The notes: a model not told the origin generated them from the sequence alone. DNA of 64,000 nucleotides from an uncultured virus (IMG/VR IMGVR_UViG_3300025276_000028) (IMGVR_UViG_3300025276_000028); one strand, 5' to 3'; shown: positions 29,735-39,284, counted from the stretch's first letter. Made by a program: numbers and translations.

Positions 29735-29878
29735 GGTCAGACAGCTGTCGGAGGGCAGACCATCTATAGGCACTCAATAACCATCGGCCTATAGAAAAAC
29801 TGTCAACAGTAGGAGTCTGTAAAACTCCATTATCCTGAAGCATTGTACAGCGTCTCTGCTATAGTGTTTTCAGGATAA
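29735..29878 (+). ncRNA. Putative structured RNA upstream of tRNA-Tyr
   Basis: Consecutive hairpins 29763-29795, 29799-29810, 29812-29828 and 29830-29878; no ORF. Confidence 0.5.
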
Positions 29879-29881
29879 CCT

Positions 29882-29963
29882 GCAGGGTAGGTTCCACGGT
29901 GGGACAACGGACTGTAAATCCGTCGCGAAAGCATAGTAGGTTCGACTCCTTCATCCTGCACCA
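29882..29963 (+). tRNA. tRNA-Tyr(GUA)
   Basis: Acceptor GCAGGGT/ATCCTGC-A-CCA; ACGGA-CTGTAAA-TCCGT anticodon arm; variable arm; TTCGACT T-loop; atypical D-arm. Confidence 0.85.
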
Positions 29964-29989
29964 AATAAACGCGTAAGTGAGGCACTAAC

Positions 29990-30259
29990 ATGAATATACA
30001 AGCTCAGCAATTGAATAGACCTCAATTACCTACTAATAATACTAAGCCGCCAGTAGTAAAAGAATCTTCACAGGTCTTAGATAGAATAAAGCGAAACCAA
30101 GAAGTTTCACAGATCAAAGTAATTAAAGAACTATATAGTGCTAAGGCGGATAGACTGGCAGCTAGTTTACAGGATGCAAGAGTTGCATCTTATGAAGCTA
30201 CAGGAAGACGACGGTTAGAACGAATTGAACAAGGTAAAATCGTCGACTTAAAATGTTAA
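29990..30259 (+). CDS. Hypothetical protein
   Basis: GAGG RBS. Confidence 0.55.
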   Translation: MNIQAQQLNRPQLPTNNTKPPVVKESSQVLDRIKRNQEVSQIKVIKELYSAKADRLAASLQDARVASYEATGRRRLERIEQGKIVDLKC

Positions 30260-30272
30260 AGAGAATAAGAAT

Positions 30273-30653
30273 ATGGCATATAGCGAACAAGTTCTAGACC
30301 ACTATGAAAATCCACGCAATGTTGGTAAACTAGACGAAACAGATCTAAACGTTGGAACAGGTATGGTCGGTGCACCAGCTTGTGGTGATGTTATGCGATT
30401 ACAGATTAAGGTCAACAATGAAGGTATCATTGAAGACGCTAAGTTTAAAACATACGGCTGTGGTTCTGCCATTGCGTCAAGCTCATTAGTTACTGAATGG
30501 ATGAAGGGTATGACTATTGATGATGCTGCAGCAATCCGCAATAGCGAGATATGTGAAGAGTTAGCTTTACCTCCAGTTAAAATCCATTGCTCTGTACTGG
30601 CAGAAGATGCTATTAAAGCTGCTGTTTTGGATTACAAAAGCAAGAGAGTTTAA
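30273..30653 (+). CDS. iscU: Fe-S cluster scaffold IscU
   Basis: [48 protein letters not shown]. Confidence 0.97.
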   Translation: MAYSEQVLDHYENPRNVGKLDETDLNVGTGMVGAPACGDVMRLQIKVNNEGIIEDAKFKTYGCGSAIASSSLVTEWMKGMTIDDAAAIRNSEICEELALPPVKIHCSVLAEDAIKAAVLDYKSKRV

Positions 30654-30655
30654 CT

Positions 30656-30979
30656 ATGGCCATCTCCATGTCTGATAATGCAGTGGATAGAATTAATGGT
30701 TACATTAGTAATAGAGGAGATACCCTTGGTATTCGCCTTGGTGTACGTACTACAGGTTGTTCAGGCCTTGCTTATATCGTAGAGTTTGCGGACATCCTAT
30801 TGCCAGGAGATATGGTCTTCAAAGAAAAAGGCATTAGCATAGTAATAAACACAAAGAGCTTGACGTACCTTGATGGTAGTCAGCTAGATTATACTAAAGA
30901 GGGTCTCAACGAAGGCTTTAAGTTTATTAACCCTAACGTCAAAGACGAGTGTGGATGTGGCGAAAGCTTCACTGTCTAA
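30656..30979 (+). CDS. iscA: A-type Fe-S carrier IscA
   Basis: [39 protein letters not shown]. Confidence 0.95.
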   Translation: MAISMSDNAVDRINGYISNRGDTLGIRLGVRTTGCSGLAYIVEFADILLPGDMVFKEKGISIVINTKSLTYLDGSQLDYTKEGLNEGFKFINPNVKDECGCGESFTV

Positions 30980-30990
30980 TAAACAATAAG

Positions 30991-30998
30991 TATAAATA
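30991..30998 (+). promoter_or_regulatory. T4-type late promoter
   Basis: TATAAATA. Confidence 0.75.
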
Positions 30999-31027
30999 AT
31001 ACTTTCAAACATAATTAGAGTAACAAT

Positions 31028-31351
31028 ATGAAAACGTTAAACGGTATTACGGAAGCAGAATTAAACCTAGTTAAACAAGTTCTAGAGACCGAAGGTACTG
31101 AATCATTAGATGAAGGTACTGAATCATTAGACGAGAAATATGCAAAGTCTATGGGATATACTAAAACTGAACAAGCAATTGATATGCTATATAAGACTTT
31201 AGATCCTAAGAGTAACCTAGCTAAGTCAATGAAATCATCTGGTAATGATATGACCAAAGAATTTACTGATATGCGTAAGAATATGGATAAAATCATTGAA
31301 AAATGGGATTCTATGTCACAGTTTTTGTTTTCTGAATCTACAAAAAAATAG
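31028..31351 (+). CDS. Late hypothetical protein, possible internal head protein
   Basis: After late promoter; MKTL..ITEA N-terminus; 21-bp tandem duplication 31091-31131 (EGTESLD x2). Confidence 0.55.
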   Translation: MKTLNGITEAELNLVKQVLETEGTESLDEGTESLDEKYAKSMGYTKTEQAIDMLYKTLDPKSNLAKSMKSSGNDMTKEFTDMRKNMDKIIEKWDSMSQFLFSESTKK

Positions 31352-31358
31352 TATTAAA

Positions 31359-31433
31359 GTCCCATTAGCATAATGGATAGTGCAGTGGATTTCTACTCCA
31401 TAGATCAGGGTTCGACTCCTTGATGGGACACCA
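31359..31433 (+). tRNA. tRNA-Arg(UCU)
   Basis: GTCCCAT/ATGGGAC-A-CCA; GTGGA-TTTCTAC-TCCAT anticodon arm; TTCGACT T-loop. Confidence 0.92.
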
Positions 31434-31447
31434 GCATTAGGAATGAT

Positions 31448-31759
31448 ATGTTATCTTTTAAAGACTTAATAGAAGCACCTCAAAAAATCAAATGGAAAAA
31501 AGTTTCAGATGGTTATGGCCGAGGCCGTGGGCAATACTCAAGTGAAAGGTTTAAGTGGGTATCTCCGGATGATCGCTTTCAAATTAATCGTGCTCAACCA
31601 AATGACACGTACGGTAGAGGAGCTACCAGGGGAGAAGCTAAAATTGTATGGAAAATATCTGATAAATCAGATCCAATACGTAAAGCATATAATGCTTCAT
31701 ATCCAGATGCACCCAGCGCAAAACGTGCTGCAGAGCTTATAGTAAGTAGGGAAAGTTAA
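31448..31759 (+). CDS. Basic hypothetical protein, possible internal head protein
   Basis: AGGA RBS; MLSFKDLIEA N-terminus. Confidence 0.55.
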   Translation: MLSFKDLIEAPQKIKWKKVSDGYGRGRGQYSSERFKWVSPDDRFQINRAQPNDTYGRGATRGEAKIVWKISDKSDPIRKAYNASYPDAPSAKRAAELIVSRES

Positions 31760-32086
31760 ATGGAAACTTTTACAGAATATTCCTATTGCAATTGTGACGA
31801 ATTAGTTACAGAAGCTTCTGAATATCAAGGCAGAGAAGTTACACTCAATAACCCTATTCGTACTTCTGAAGTTAAAGACAAGAAATTTAAAGTCTATGTG
31901 AAGAATGAAAAAGGCACTGTTGTGGTTGTTCGGTTTGGTGATCCCGGATCGGAAATCAAGAGAGATGATCCTAAACGTAGAGCATCATTTAGAGCAAGGT
32001 TCAATTGCGATGATCCAGGTCCAAAATGGAAAGCAAATTATTGGTCTTGTTACCAATGGAGAGCAAATGCTCCAGTCGATAACTAA
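31760..32086 (+). CDS. Conserved hypothetical protein of marine T4-like phages
   Basis: EYQGREV.LN.P, KKFKVYVKN, VRFGDP, RRASFRAR.NCD, YWSC..W. Confidence 0.7.
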   Translation: METFTEYSYCNCDELVTEASEYQGREVTLNNPIRTSEVKDKKFKVYVKNEKGTVVVVRFGDPGSEIKRDDPKRRASFRARFNCDDPGPKWKANYWSCYQWRANAPVDN

Positions 32087-32160
32087 AATATTTCGCGGCA
32101 GCTTATTCCGAAAAGTTATAAGCTTATAACTAACTGATCTAAAAATAACACAAATAGTTG

Positions 32161-32240
32161 TGTACACTTCTAGTCTAGCATGATATAATACTTATATTGA
32201 ATCAAACAACGCTAGAGAATATATTATGAATTATGCAAAT
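32161..32240 (+). repeat. Early promoter with 60-bp cassette, copy 2
   Basis: TGTACA-N17-TATAAT at 32161-32189; 32181-32240 matches 28072-28131. Confidence 0.9.
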
Positions 32241-32537
32241 TTCCACGGTTACACTGATGTAGAACCTTATGAGATCACTAAAAGAATCTCAGAAAAAACC
32301 ATCGAAGTTCGTCCAATGGATTCTGAAAGAGATCCAAACTGGAAACCTGAGTTCATCCCTGGCGGATTCTCAGCTCATTGCCCTAATCAATACTCTCAAA
32401 AATGGATTATTTCTTCTAACGAAGAGTACACTCCAATCCGCATCCGTCTATCAAAAAACAAAGGCTGGCAGGACAAGTATGGCCGTCGTTTTAATTTAGC
32501 TGATGAACCTCGTAAATTTTACGACTACAACTTCTAG
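32226..32537 (+). CDS. Hypothetical early protein
   Basis: Starts MNYAN within the cassette; PGGFSAHC.NQ..Q.W, P.KFYDYNF. Confidence 0.7.
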   Translation: MNYANFHGYTDVEPYEITKRISEKTIEVRPMDSERDPNWKPEFIPGGFSAHCPNQYSQKWIISSNEEYTPIRIRLSKNKGWQDKYGRRFNLADEPRKFYDYNF

Positions 32538-32546
32538 GAGCATATA

Positions 32547-32768
32547 ATGAATGTAGAAGAAAATGAAATTCAAACTCTCTTTGCCGATATTGAACGCATA
32601 ACAGCTGATATTAATCCGCTACTAAGTGCAGGAGTGCTTATGGCATGTGCTCTACGCATATACAAGTCTGCGCTTAATCCAGAAGATTTTGAAAAGATCA
32701 CGACGTCTATATTAGACTCTACGAATGAGATTCAAACAATTAAACCTGCACCTACTAATGTGCACTAA
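32547..32768 (+). CDS. Hypothetical protein
   Basis: AGGAG RBS. Confidence 0.6.
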   Translation: MNVEENEIQTLFADIERITADINPLLSAGVLMACALRIYKSALNPEDFEKITTSILDSTNEIQTIKPAPTNVH

Positions 32769-32789
32769 AATTTAGGTAATATATACATT

Positions 32790-33404
32790 ATGAAATTTAA
32801 TTATGATTTAAAAAGTAAAGTGATTTTAACAGACTGTGACGGTGTCTTAGTTGATTGGTGTTATGGCTTCCATAGTTGGATGAAGCGAGTTCATTCTCTT
32901 GAGCCTATGGCTGAAGAAGCGTATGAGATGGAAGTCGTGTATGGTTTAGCCAAGGATACTATGAAGGAATACGTCAGGTCATATAATGCTTCTGCCGATA
33001 TTGCGTACTTAAAGCCGTTAAATGATGCTGTTAAATACGTAAAGAAACTTCACGAAGAATGCGGGTTTGTATTCCACTGCATTACTTCTTTATCCTTAGA
33101 TCCTGCTGCTCAAAAGGCACGCATCTATAACCTCGAACAGTTGTTCGGTACTACAGCATTTGAGAAAGTTATATGTCTCGATACTGGTGAAGATAAAATT
33201 GATGCTTTAACTCCCTATATCGACACTGAGTGTGTTTGGGTAGAAGATAAAATTGAGAACGCAGACCTTGGAGTTAACTTTGGTCTAAACACATTCCTAA
33301 TTGCACACGACTTTAACGCCGGTTATAAAGGCGGAGCTATTCGTGTTCCAAACTGGAAATACATTTACGAAGTTATAACAGGTGGATACTATGGCGCATT
33401 ATGA
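32790..33404 (+). CDS. HAD-superfamily phosphatase / 5'-nucleotidase-like (T4 30.2-like)
   Basis: LTDCDGVLVDW motif I, ITS motif II, K, WVEDK..NA motif IV. Confidence 0.75.
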   Translation: MKFNYDLKSKVILTDCDGVLVDWCYGFHSWMKRVHSLEPMAEEAYEMEVVYGLAKDTMKEYVRSYNASADIAYLKPLNDAVKYVKKLHEECGFVFHCITSLSLDPAAQKARIYNLEQLFGTTAFEKVICLDTGEDKIDALTPYIDTECVWVEDKIENADLGVNFGLNTFLIAHDFNAGYKGGAIRVPNWKYIYEVITGGYYGAL

Positions 33405-33633
33405 TTGTACAAACTGTGGACACCCTTTAGGTATCGCGTTCGGTCGATGCGAAGAGTGTACTCCTCAACGGTATTTTGATCTACAACAGGAAATCTCACA
33501 GATCGCTGAGAATGCACTAGTAGCATGGCGTGAGCATTCAAAGCAAGAGCAAATGATTTTTGTCGAAGAGTGCTTAAACGCTGAAGGCTATTACGATAAA
33601 AAGGAGGAATTGCTGAACATCTCACCTCTTTAA
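33391..33633 (+). CDS. Hypothetical zinc-ribbon protein
   Basis: CxxC...CxxC at N-terminus. Confidence 0.5.
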   Translation: MAHYDCTNCGHPLGIAFGRCEECTPQRYFDLQQEISQIAENALVAWREHSKQEQMIFVEECLNAEGYYDKKEELLNISPL

Positions 33634-33660
33634 CCACCACAAGTCACATAAGGATATAAC

Positions 33661-33888
33661 ATGCAAATTAAATTTAAACAACACATCATGGATGAAATTT
33701 CTGATCAGGTCACCGCAGCTGCAAAGGCTAAGAAGCGGATTGACATTATCACTTTAGATCAGCACGAATGGACAGAGTTTAAAACCTATATGAGCACACA
33801 GAAAGGCGAATCGACTTCCGAAGAATATACGATCAATGGCATCATTATTAAATCCGAGGACTACGTTAAACCGAAGTTAAAAGGGTAA
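33661..33888 (+). CDS. Hypothetical protein
   Basis: AAGGA RBS. Confidence 0.55.
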   Translation: MQIKFKQHIMDEISDQVTAAAKAKKRIDIITLDQHEWTEFKTYMSTQKGESTSEEYTINGIIIKSEDYVKPKLKG

Positions 33889-33930
33889 TAAGCTTATAAC
33901 AAAATGATCTAAAAACAACTAAAATAAAGT

Positions 33931-33959
33931 TGTACAATAGTCCCATTGTATGGTATAAT
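33931..33959 (+). promoter_or_regulatory. Early promoter
   Basis: TGTACA-N17-TATAAT. Confidence 0.75.
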
Positions 33960-33993
33960 ATAATTAATGAATCAAGCAATGAAAGAGATTATT

Positions 33994-34245
33994 ATGAGAA
34001 AAGTTCAAGTTGGTAATTTAATTAAAGCGTTAGATTTCGGTGCTCACAGTGATAGTTATATCGTTGGTACAGTTACTTTCACTCACGAAGGTTCAGGCCG
34101 AGTTGAGGGTACGATCATCAAGCGTGTTATCGATGACAAAGATGTTACTGGAGAGTATGACGACGGTACCTTTTCGACATATCAGAACGGCGAAAGTATA
34201 CTTGATAAGTCTATGGGTTCTCGACTTTTTGTTATAAACATATAA
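33994..34245 (+). CDS. Hypothetical early protein, paralogue of 28117-28374
   Basis: Visible alignment with ORF 28117. Confidence 0.7.
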   Translation: MRKVQVGNLIKALDFGAHSDSYIVGTVTFTHEGSGRVEGTIIKRVIDDKDVTGEYDDGTFSTYQNGESILDKSMGSRLFVINI

Positions 34246-34266
34246 CAAAATGATCTAAAGAAGTGT

Positions 34267-34308
34267 TGTACATAAGATCCCCCTTATGATATAATACTTA
34301 TATTGAAT
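34267..34308 (+). promoter_or_regulatory. Early promoter with partial cassette copy
   Basis: TGTACA-N17-TATAAT; 34287-34308 TGATATAATACTTATATTGAAT identical to the cassette start. Confidence 0.75.
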
Positions 34309-34330
34309 TGAGAAACACAGAGTATTTATT

Positions 34331-36134
34331 ATGTATATTGAATTTAGCGAGTTAGCAGTTTATGTTGTAGTTTCAGGTATTCTGACTTATAGTCTATTCT
34401 GGATGCCTTATCTTATTATGACTTCAGCCTCACAAAAGCTTTCATCATTGCGGAAAGGAATTTAATTATGGACGGTTTAAGAGAAATTACTGTTTGGGAA
34501 GATAACACTCCTAACCATACCTACTTTGTTAATCGCACTGCGGAACATTGCTTTGCCTACATTAATAGTCTTACTGGTGAGTTCGTGTTTTTTAAACGCT
34601 CTATGCAATTTTGTAAGAGTCGTCGTAAATTTGAAAAGGTGACAATATGAATACTCAAATTGATTTAGTTAAGAAGTGGATTGATGATCCAGCTTCTGTG
34701 TCAAAGGACGAGCTTAAGGCGAATGCCAGTAGGGCAGCGCATTTAGGTTTAGTTGCGTCTATTGAAAAAGATGCTGCCGATGCTGCTACTGCAGCTTGCT
34801 CAAGAGCTGTGGTAACTTTCGAAAAAGACATTGATTTTATTCAAGCTTATGTCGATGCTTATGAAAGAATTAACGCTAGGAGAATCAAGTGCGAACTTTA
34901 AATGCTACTGAAATTGCAGAACTAATGCCTGCAGCGCTTTGGAAGTGGGATGAGACCCGCAGTTGGGATGACGTTGCTGCTGATACAAGGCACACAATCG
35001 AGTGTTTTCACGGCACACAAATTACTGAACTACCACGCAAAGTGTTTTTTGATGCCTGGGAGGCTCGCTCTGACTTATTCTGGAGTACAGCAGGGTGAGT
35101 AAAAATAAAACAATTCAGCTTGATGTTGAAGTAATTGAAAAGTATCTTGGATGTATCGAGAACTATATAGAGCAATTGCTAACGCATCCTAAGACTCGCC
35201 GACGTGACTCTGGTCTAACCGAGCATCGTCACCACCTCGTAATAGCTAAAGAGGTTATTACGAAAGAAGGTCTTGTAGACCTAGATTGGTACCTAACAAA
35301 AGGCAATTTTGATGGCATGACGCTTTCAGCTTGCAATGGTGCTAAAATGTCAAACCGATTTGATTGAGGAATATATTATGACTATGTTATTAACAGGATA
35401 TAAATCTAGAAAAGAACTTGCTGCTTGTATTGGCCAGCCACTTCAGTACGTTGAGACTTCAATGTTCGGAGATGAGTTTATGGCGAATGGAACATTTCTT
35501 GCAATGCATCGGCCAGCTCTAAAAGAGTATGATGGAATTACTCTACCTAAGGGCCGAGAGTTTGGTGCTAATATCACAATGGTTAATGGTTTAATCGCTA
35601 AAGTTGAGGGATGATTATGACTAAATTAAAAGCCTTTATTAAAAGTGTCAAGAATTGGATTTTAAAGAAAGTTAAGAAAGACGTTTTTGATAAGGCCAAA
35701 ATGAAGTACACCGATGGAGATAACACTTAAGCAATGACAGACTTAAATATCTTAGAAAGTACCGTAGATTTAATGAATCGTAGGATGACCCACATTAAAT
35801 TAAATAAACTCACATTGGAAGATGATGAAATTAAGCATATCATAGAGGATATTAAATTGTTAGCTAAGCAAATTCAGTTATTATAATGACCGACATTATG
35901 TGGTTCAGTATGGCGCTGATAGCAGTCACTGCCATTTGGTTCTTCTGGCTTGGTATGACCACCAATCTAGAGGCGGATATTAATAAAGAAAGCTTTAATG
36001 CAGGCATAAAGCAAGGAGTATCAGGAGTACTCACAATTATGGAAGAAGAAGGCGTCATCCGCCGCAACTTAGCAGATGACGATTACGAGATGCCAGATAA
36101 GGTATTCTATGATAGCGATAAAGAAGGCACTTAA
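34331..36134 (+). other. Run of about nine small hypothetical early genes
   Basis: Tightly coupled ORFs starting near 34331, 34468, 34647, 34889, 35095, 35378, 35617, 35733 and 35886; no recognisable families. Confidence 0.6.
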
Positions 36135-36150
36135 CTGTGCCTTTATTTTT
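36124..36150. terminator. Terminator-like hairpin between convergent transcription units
   Basis: AAGGCAC-TTAACT-GTGCCTT followed by a T-rich tract. Confidence 0.65.
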
Positions 36151-36205
36151 CTTTACGCCTTCTCTTTTTTGACTTTCTGTCATTCTTCTTTTTCTTTCTA
36201 GGCAT
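36143..36205 (-). CDS. 20-aa highly basic peptide
   Basis: MPRKKKKNDRKSKKRRRKEK; TAATG overlap with the upstream stop. Confidence 0.4.
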   Translation of the reverse strand: MPRKKKKNDRKSKKRRRKEK

Positions 36206-36540
36206 TATTTCTTCGAGGCCTTTGAGGCTTTCATAGCTGCAGCACCAAAGAACGCAGCAACAATACCAGCAACAGCAATAAAATATACTCCAGCCATATC
36301 GCCCAATATATCAGCGCCTTTGTCTAACCCAAATAGTGTAGCTATGACAACAGCAAATGGATATAACAACATTCCCCATAAAGCAAACCATGCCATTTCA
36401 CGTTGAGCATCTTCCTTCTTATCTTCATTCTCAAGCCTAATCATTCGCTCTTGCGTATCAAGTTCAGCATCTGTTACGACGTCATCGCTATTAAGGTCGG
36501 CCACGTTTAACTTGCTATCTGGTTGTAATTTCTTTGTCAT
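36205..36540 (-). CDS. Small two-TM membrane protein with an EF-hand-like loop
   Basis: DLNSDDVVTDAE (DxNxDxxxxxxE) followed by two hydrophobic helices and a basic tail. Confidence 0.6.
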   Translation of the reverse strand: MTKKLQPDSKLNVADLNSDDVVTDAELDTQERMIRLENEDKKEDAQREMAWFALWGMLLYPFAVVIATLFGLDKGADILGDMAGVYFIAVAGIVAAFFGAAAMKASKASKK

Positions 36541-36549
36541 CGTATTATC

Positions 36550-38601
36550 CTATTTAGTTGTTGCACGAAATATCCCATCCCAATCTTCGGGTAGGTCCTG
36601 AGTTAACATATATTTGCACCTTTTAATCCATATATCATAATAATCTTCCATCTGTCCGTAGAAGCTTACCTTTAATAACTTGCATAAGTGTATTGTAAGC
36701 TCAAAATCTTTATCAGTATATGCCGCATGCATTTCTTCATGTAATGCTTTAGACTTAACGTACGACGGATGACAACATTGCTGTAATACTGTATATATCT
36801 CCAATGCCACTGACTTTCCCTTTACTGCCAGGTTATCTAACTTGAGATAAAAGAAATCGTCACGCGTTCTTTCGTAAGTTTCTGCACCAACAATTAATAG
36901 TACACCGTATGACTTGCATGCAGATTCCAGGCGAGCTGCTGTTGATACTGCATCACCGAGGATGTCGTACGAATGTCTCGCCGTTGATCCCATTTCACCA
37001 ATATAGCCAAGACCAGTATTAACACCAGCACCGAGGCCGACAGGAGGTCTGCCTTCGAATGTAATTTTCTCATTAAACACCTCTACAGCTTTTAACATAT
37101 TGAGTGCAGTTTGCACTACGGTCTTTGGATGATTCTCGTCAGGTATTGGAGCATTATGAATGTGCATAGATGCATCGCCGATGTACTTAATAACCATTCC
37201 GTTGGCATCTAATATCGGTTGTGTTATAGCATCCATATATCCATTCATAATATCAGTCAAACCTTTTACGTCATCACCAAATGATTCGCCGATAGGAGTA
37301 AAGCCTCGCATATCAGTGAAGCATATCGATACTTCTTTCTTCACACCTTCTTTGATTAAAGCTGGATTCTTTTGTAACATCTTAACAACTGTAGGCGATG
37401 CATAGCCAGAAAACTGCTTCTTAATTTCTTGTTTCTCTTTAAACTCTATAACGAACCTAGCAAATACTGCATGCAGACCAACAACGATAACTGCGACAAT
37501 AGACATAGTGACGTCGATCAAATATAGATACTCAGTCCATGCATACCATGTGGCAAAACCAAGTCCACTAGTGAATGCGACAATACAAATACCTACTAAC
37601 CAGTATGGAGCAAACCTACCTAGCAATACTAATATTAATCCAAGGACTGCAGTCGTGGTTAACTCAACTATTGTACTCCACCATGGACGAGATATTGTAT
37701 CACCATCAAGTATGTTCTGTAATGACACCGCAGCAGGCATATAGTTATACTGTCCGCCTTTAGGTGATGCAATAACACCAGATATACCGGCAGCGGTTGT
37801 TCCGATGATAACGATCTTATCCTTCATCTCACTGAACCGATCGGTATCTGCAATACTTATAGTATCAAAGACCTTATTCCATCTTAACCATATACGTCCA
37901 TTAAAATCTGTTTGTATTGTAGGATAACCAGGTACTCGCATCTTATCGATACCACCGGCAGAACTCTTCACTTGGTATGATGGATCACCTACGGCAACAC
38001 GTATTATCTCAACAGCCAGAGCAGGGTATATGTCTTCGCCTACGCGAGCGAGCAAGGGTATACGCCTCAACACGCCATCAATCTCAGGTACGGCATTCAA
38101 AACGCCAACACCACCAGCATTATCTCCAAACTCTTTAATTGGTCCTAATATGCCATCCCAGGCGAACAAAAATGGCAAAGGATCGCCGATTTTAGCTACT
38201 CCACGCGGAACTCCGTACTTATTTGACTCAAAAGAGCCTACTTGACCGATCACAACCGCGTTATTTGTCATTGCATCGAGCAAATCCTTGTCACCTTCTA
38301 GCCTATCGTACTCAGAGAATAAGATCGGTAATACGATAACACCGGCTCCAGCCTGACGAAGTTCCCATATCACATTTGCAAGCACATCACGCTTCCATGG
38401 CCATTGCCCATGCTTCTCTAAAGCCTTCTCGTCAATAGTCAGTATTGCAATGTCGTTGCTTTGAACTGGCTTATCGTATTCTTGTAATAAGTCAAAGCTC
38501 TTTAGGCGAGCGGTCTGAACAACAGTACCATCGCTATAATGAAAGAACAATACCATAGATGCCGTAATAAATGCTAATGTCCAATGAGTAATAAGTTTCA
38601 T
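36550..38601 (-). CDS. CHASE2-domain class III adenylate cyclase
   Basis: IDEKAL..GQWPWKR, DGVLRRIPL (CHASE2); three TM helices; FTDMRGFT, KYIGDA, YDILGDAVSTAARLE. Confidence 0.92.
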   Translation of the reverse strand: MKLITHWTLAFITASMVLFFHYSDGTVVQTARLKSFDLLQEYDKPVQSNDIAILTIDEKALEKHGQWPWKRDVLANVIWELRQAGAGVIVLPILFSEYDRLEGDKDLLDAMTNNAVVIGQVGSFESNKYGVPRGVAKIGDPLPFLFAWDGILGPIKEFGDNAGGVGVLNAVPEIDGVLRRIPLLARVGEDIYPALAVEIIRVAVGDPSYQVKSSAGGIDKMRVPGYPTIQTDFNGRIWLRWNKVFDTISIADTDRFSEMKDKIVIIGTTAAGISGVIASPKGGQYNYMPAAVSLQNILDGDTISRPWWSTIVELTTTAVLGLILVLLGRFAPYWLVGICIVAFTSGLGFATWYAWTEYLYLIDVTMSIVAVIVVGLHAVFARFVIEFKEKQEIKKQFSGYASPTVVKMLQKNPALIKEGVKKEVSICFTDMRGFTPIGESFGDDVKGLTDIMNGYMDAITQPILDANGMVIKYIGDASMHIHNAPIPDENHPKTVVQTALNMLKAVEVFNEKITFEGRPPVGLGAGVNTGLGYIGEMGSTARHSYDILGDAVSTAARLESACKSYGVLLIVGAETYERTRDDFFYLKLDNLAVKGKSVALEIYTVLQQCCHPSYVKSKALHEEMHAAYTDKDFELTIHLCKLLKVSFYGQMEDYYDIWIKRCKYMLTQDLPEDWDGIFRATTK

Positions 38602-38609
38602 GTTATTCC

Positions 38610-39284
38610 TTAATTCTGCTCTACTATAAGAGAACAACCGTGATGGTTAGTGCATACACCATCCATAGTGTAAGACTGGTTGGTCTGTGAATTTTGGTTT
38701 AGTCTAAATGTATAAGCTCCACCGTCATTTGTTAACTCTACATTTGCAGAATGACTTCCATTCACTTGAGTTATTCGGGCATTGTGATTATTGTCTAAAA
38801 CCATCTCAACAGTGCTATTGTCAGTGTTTGCTTCTATATTAACTATATTGCTATTACCGACTATTTCCAGATTAATAGTATTGCCATTATCACCGCCATT
38901 ACCTATTTCGGTACGAGTGTAATTATTATTGCCTATAATGGATACTATAATATCGTTATCATTTCCGTGGTTATCTATTTTACTAGTGTTACTATTACCG
39001 ACTTGTGATGCTGTTAATACTTGGTCGTTACCAGATGTCCATGTACCTATTCTATTGTTATCGCCTGTCTGAGTAAAATTTACTGTTTTACCGCTACCAG
39101 CCAAAGTGCCACGGACACCTTGTCTCAGATGTAAATCCGCGATGCTATTATTTTCTCCATCCTGAGTAGAATTTAACACAAAGTTATGGCCAGACTGAAT
39201 TATATGTAAGTAGTTTGCCTCAGAATTAGTTGGCTTGAATAATACTAATATAATTACTATTGTCATTACCCAATGTATAGTCAT
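38610..39284 (-). CDS. Secreted curlin-repeat-like protein B
   Basis: Signal-peptide-like start; repeated Q/x-x-G-x-x-N units about 11 aa apart (QTGDNN, QVGNSN, NHGNDN, IIGNNN, IVGNSN). Confidence 0.65.
   Translation of the reverse strand: MTIHWVMTIVIILVLFKPTNSEANYLHIIQSGHNFVLNSTQDGENNSIADLHLRQGVRGTLAGSGKTVNFTQTGDNNRIGTWTSGNDQVLTASQVGNSNTSKIDNHGNDNDIIVSIIGNNNYTRTEIGNGGDNGNTINLEIVGNSNIVNIEANTDNSTVEMVLDNNHNARITQVNGSHSANVELTNDGGAYTFRLNQNSQTNQSYTMDGVCTNHHGCSLIVEQN

Noticed and set aside
29735..29963. tmRNA or glutamine riboswitch
   Set aside because: No tmRNA alanine-type acceptor or tag frame and no recognisable glnA-motif consensus
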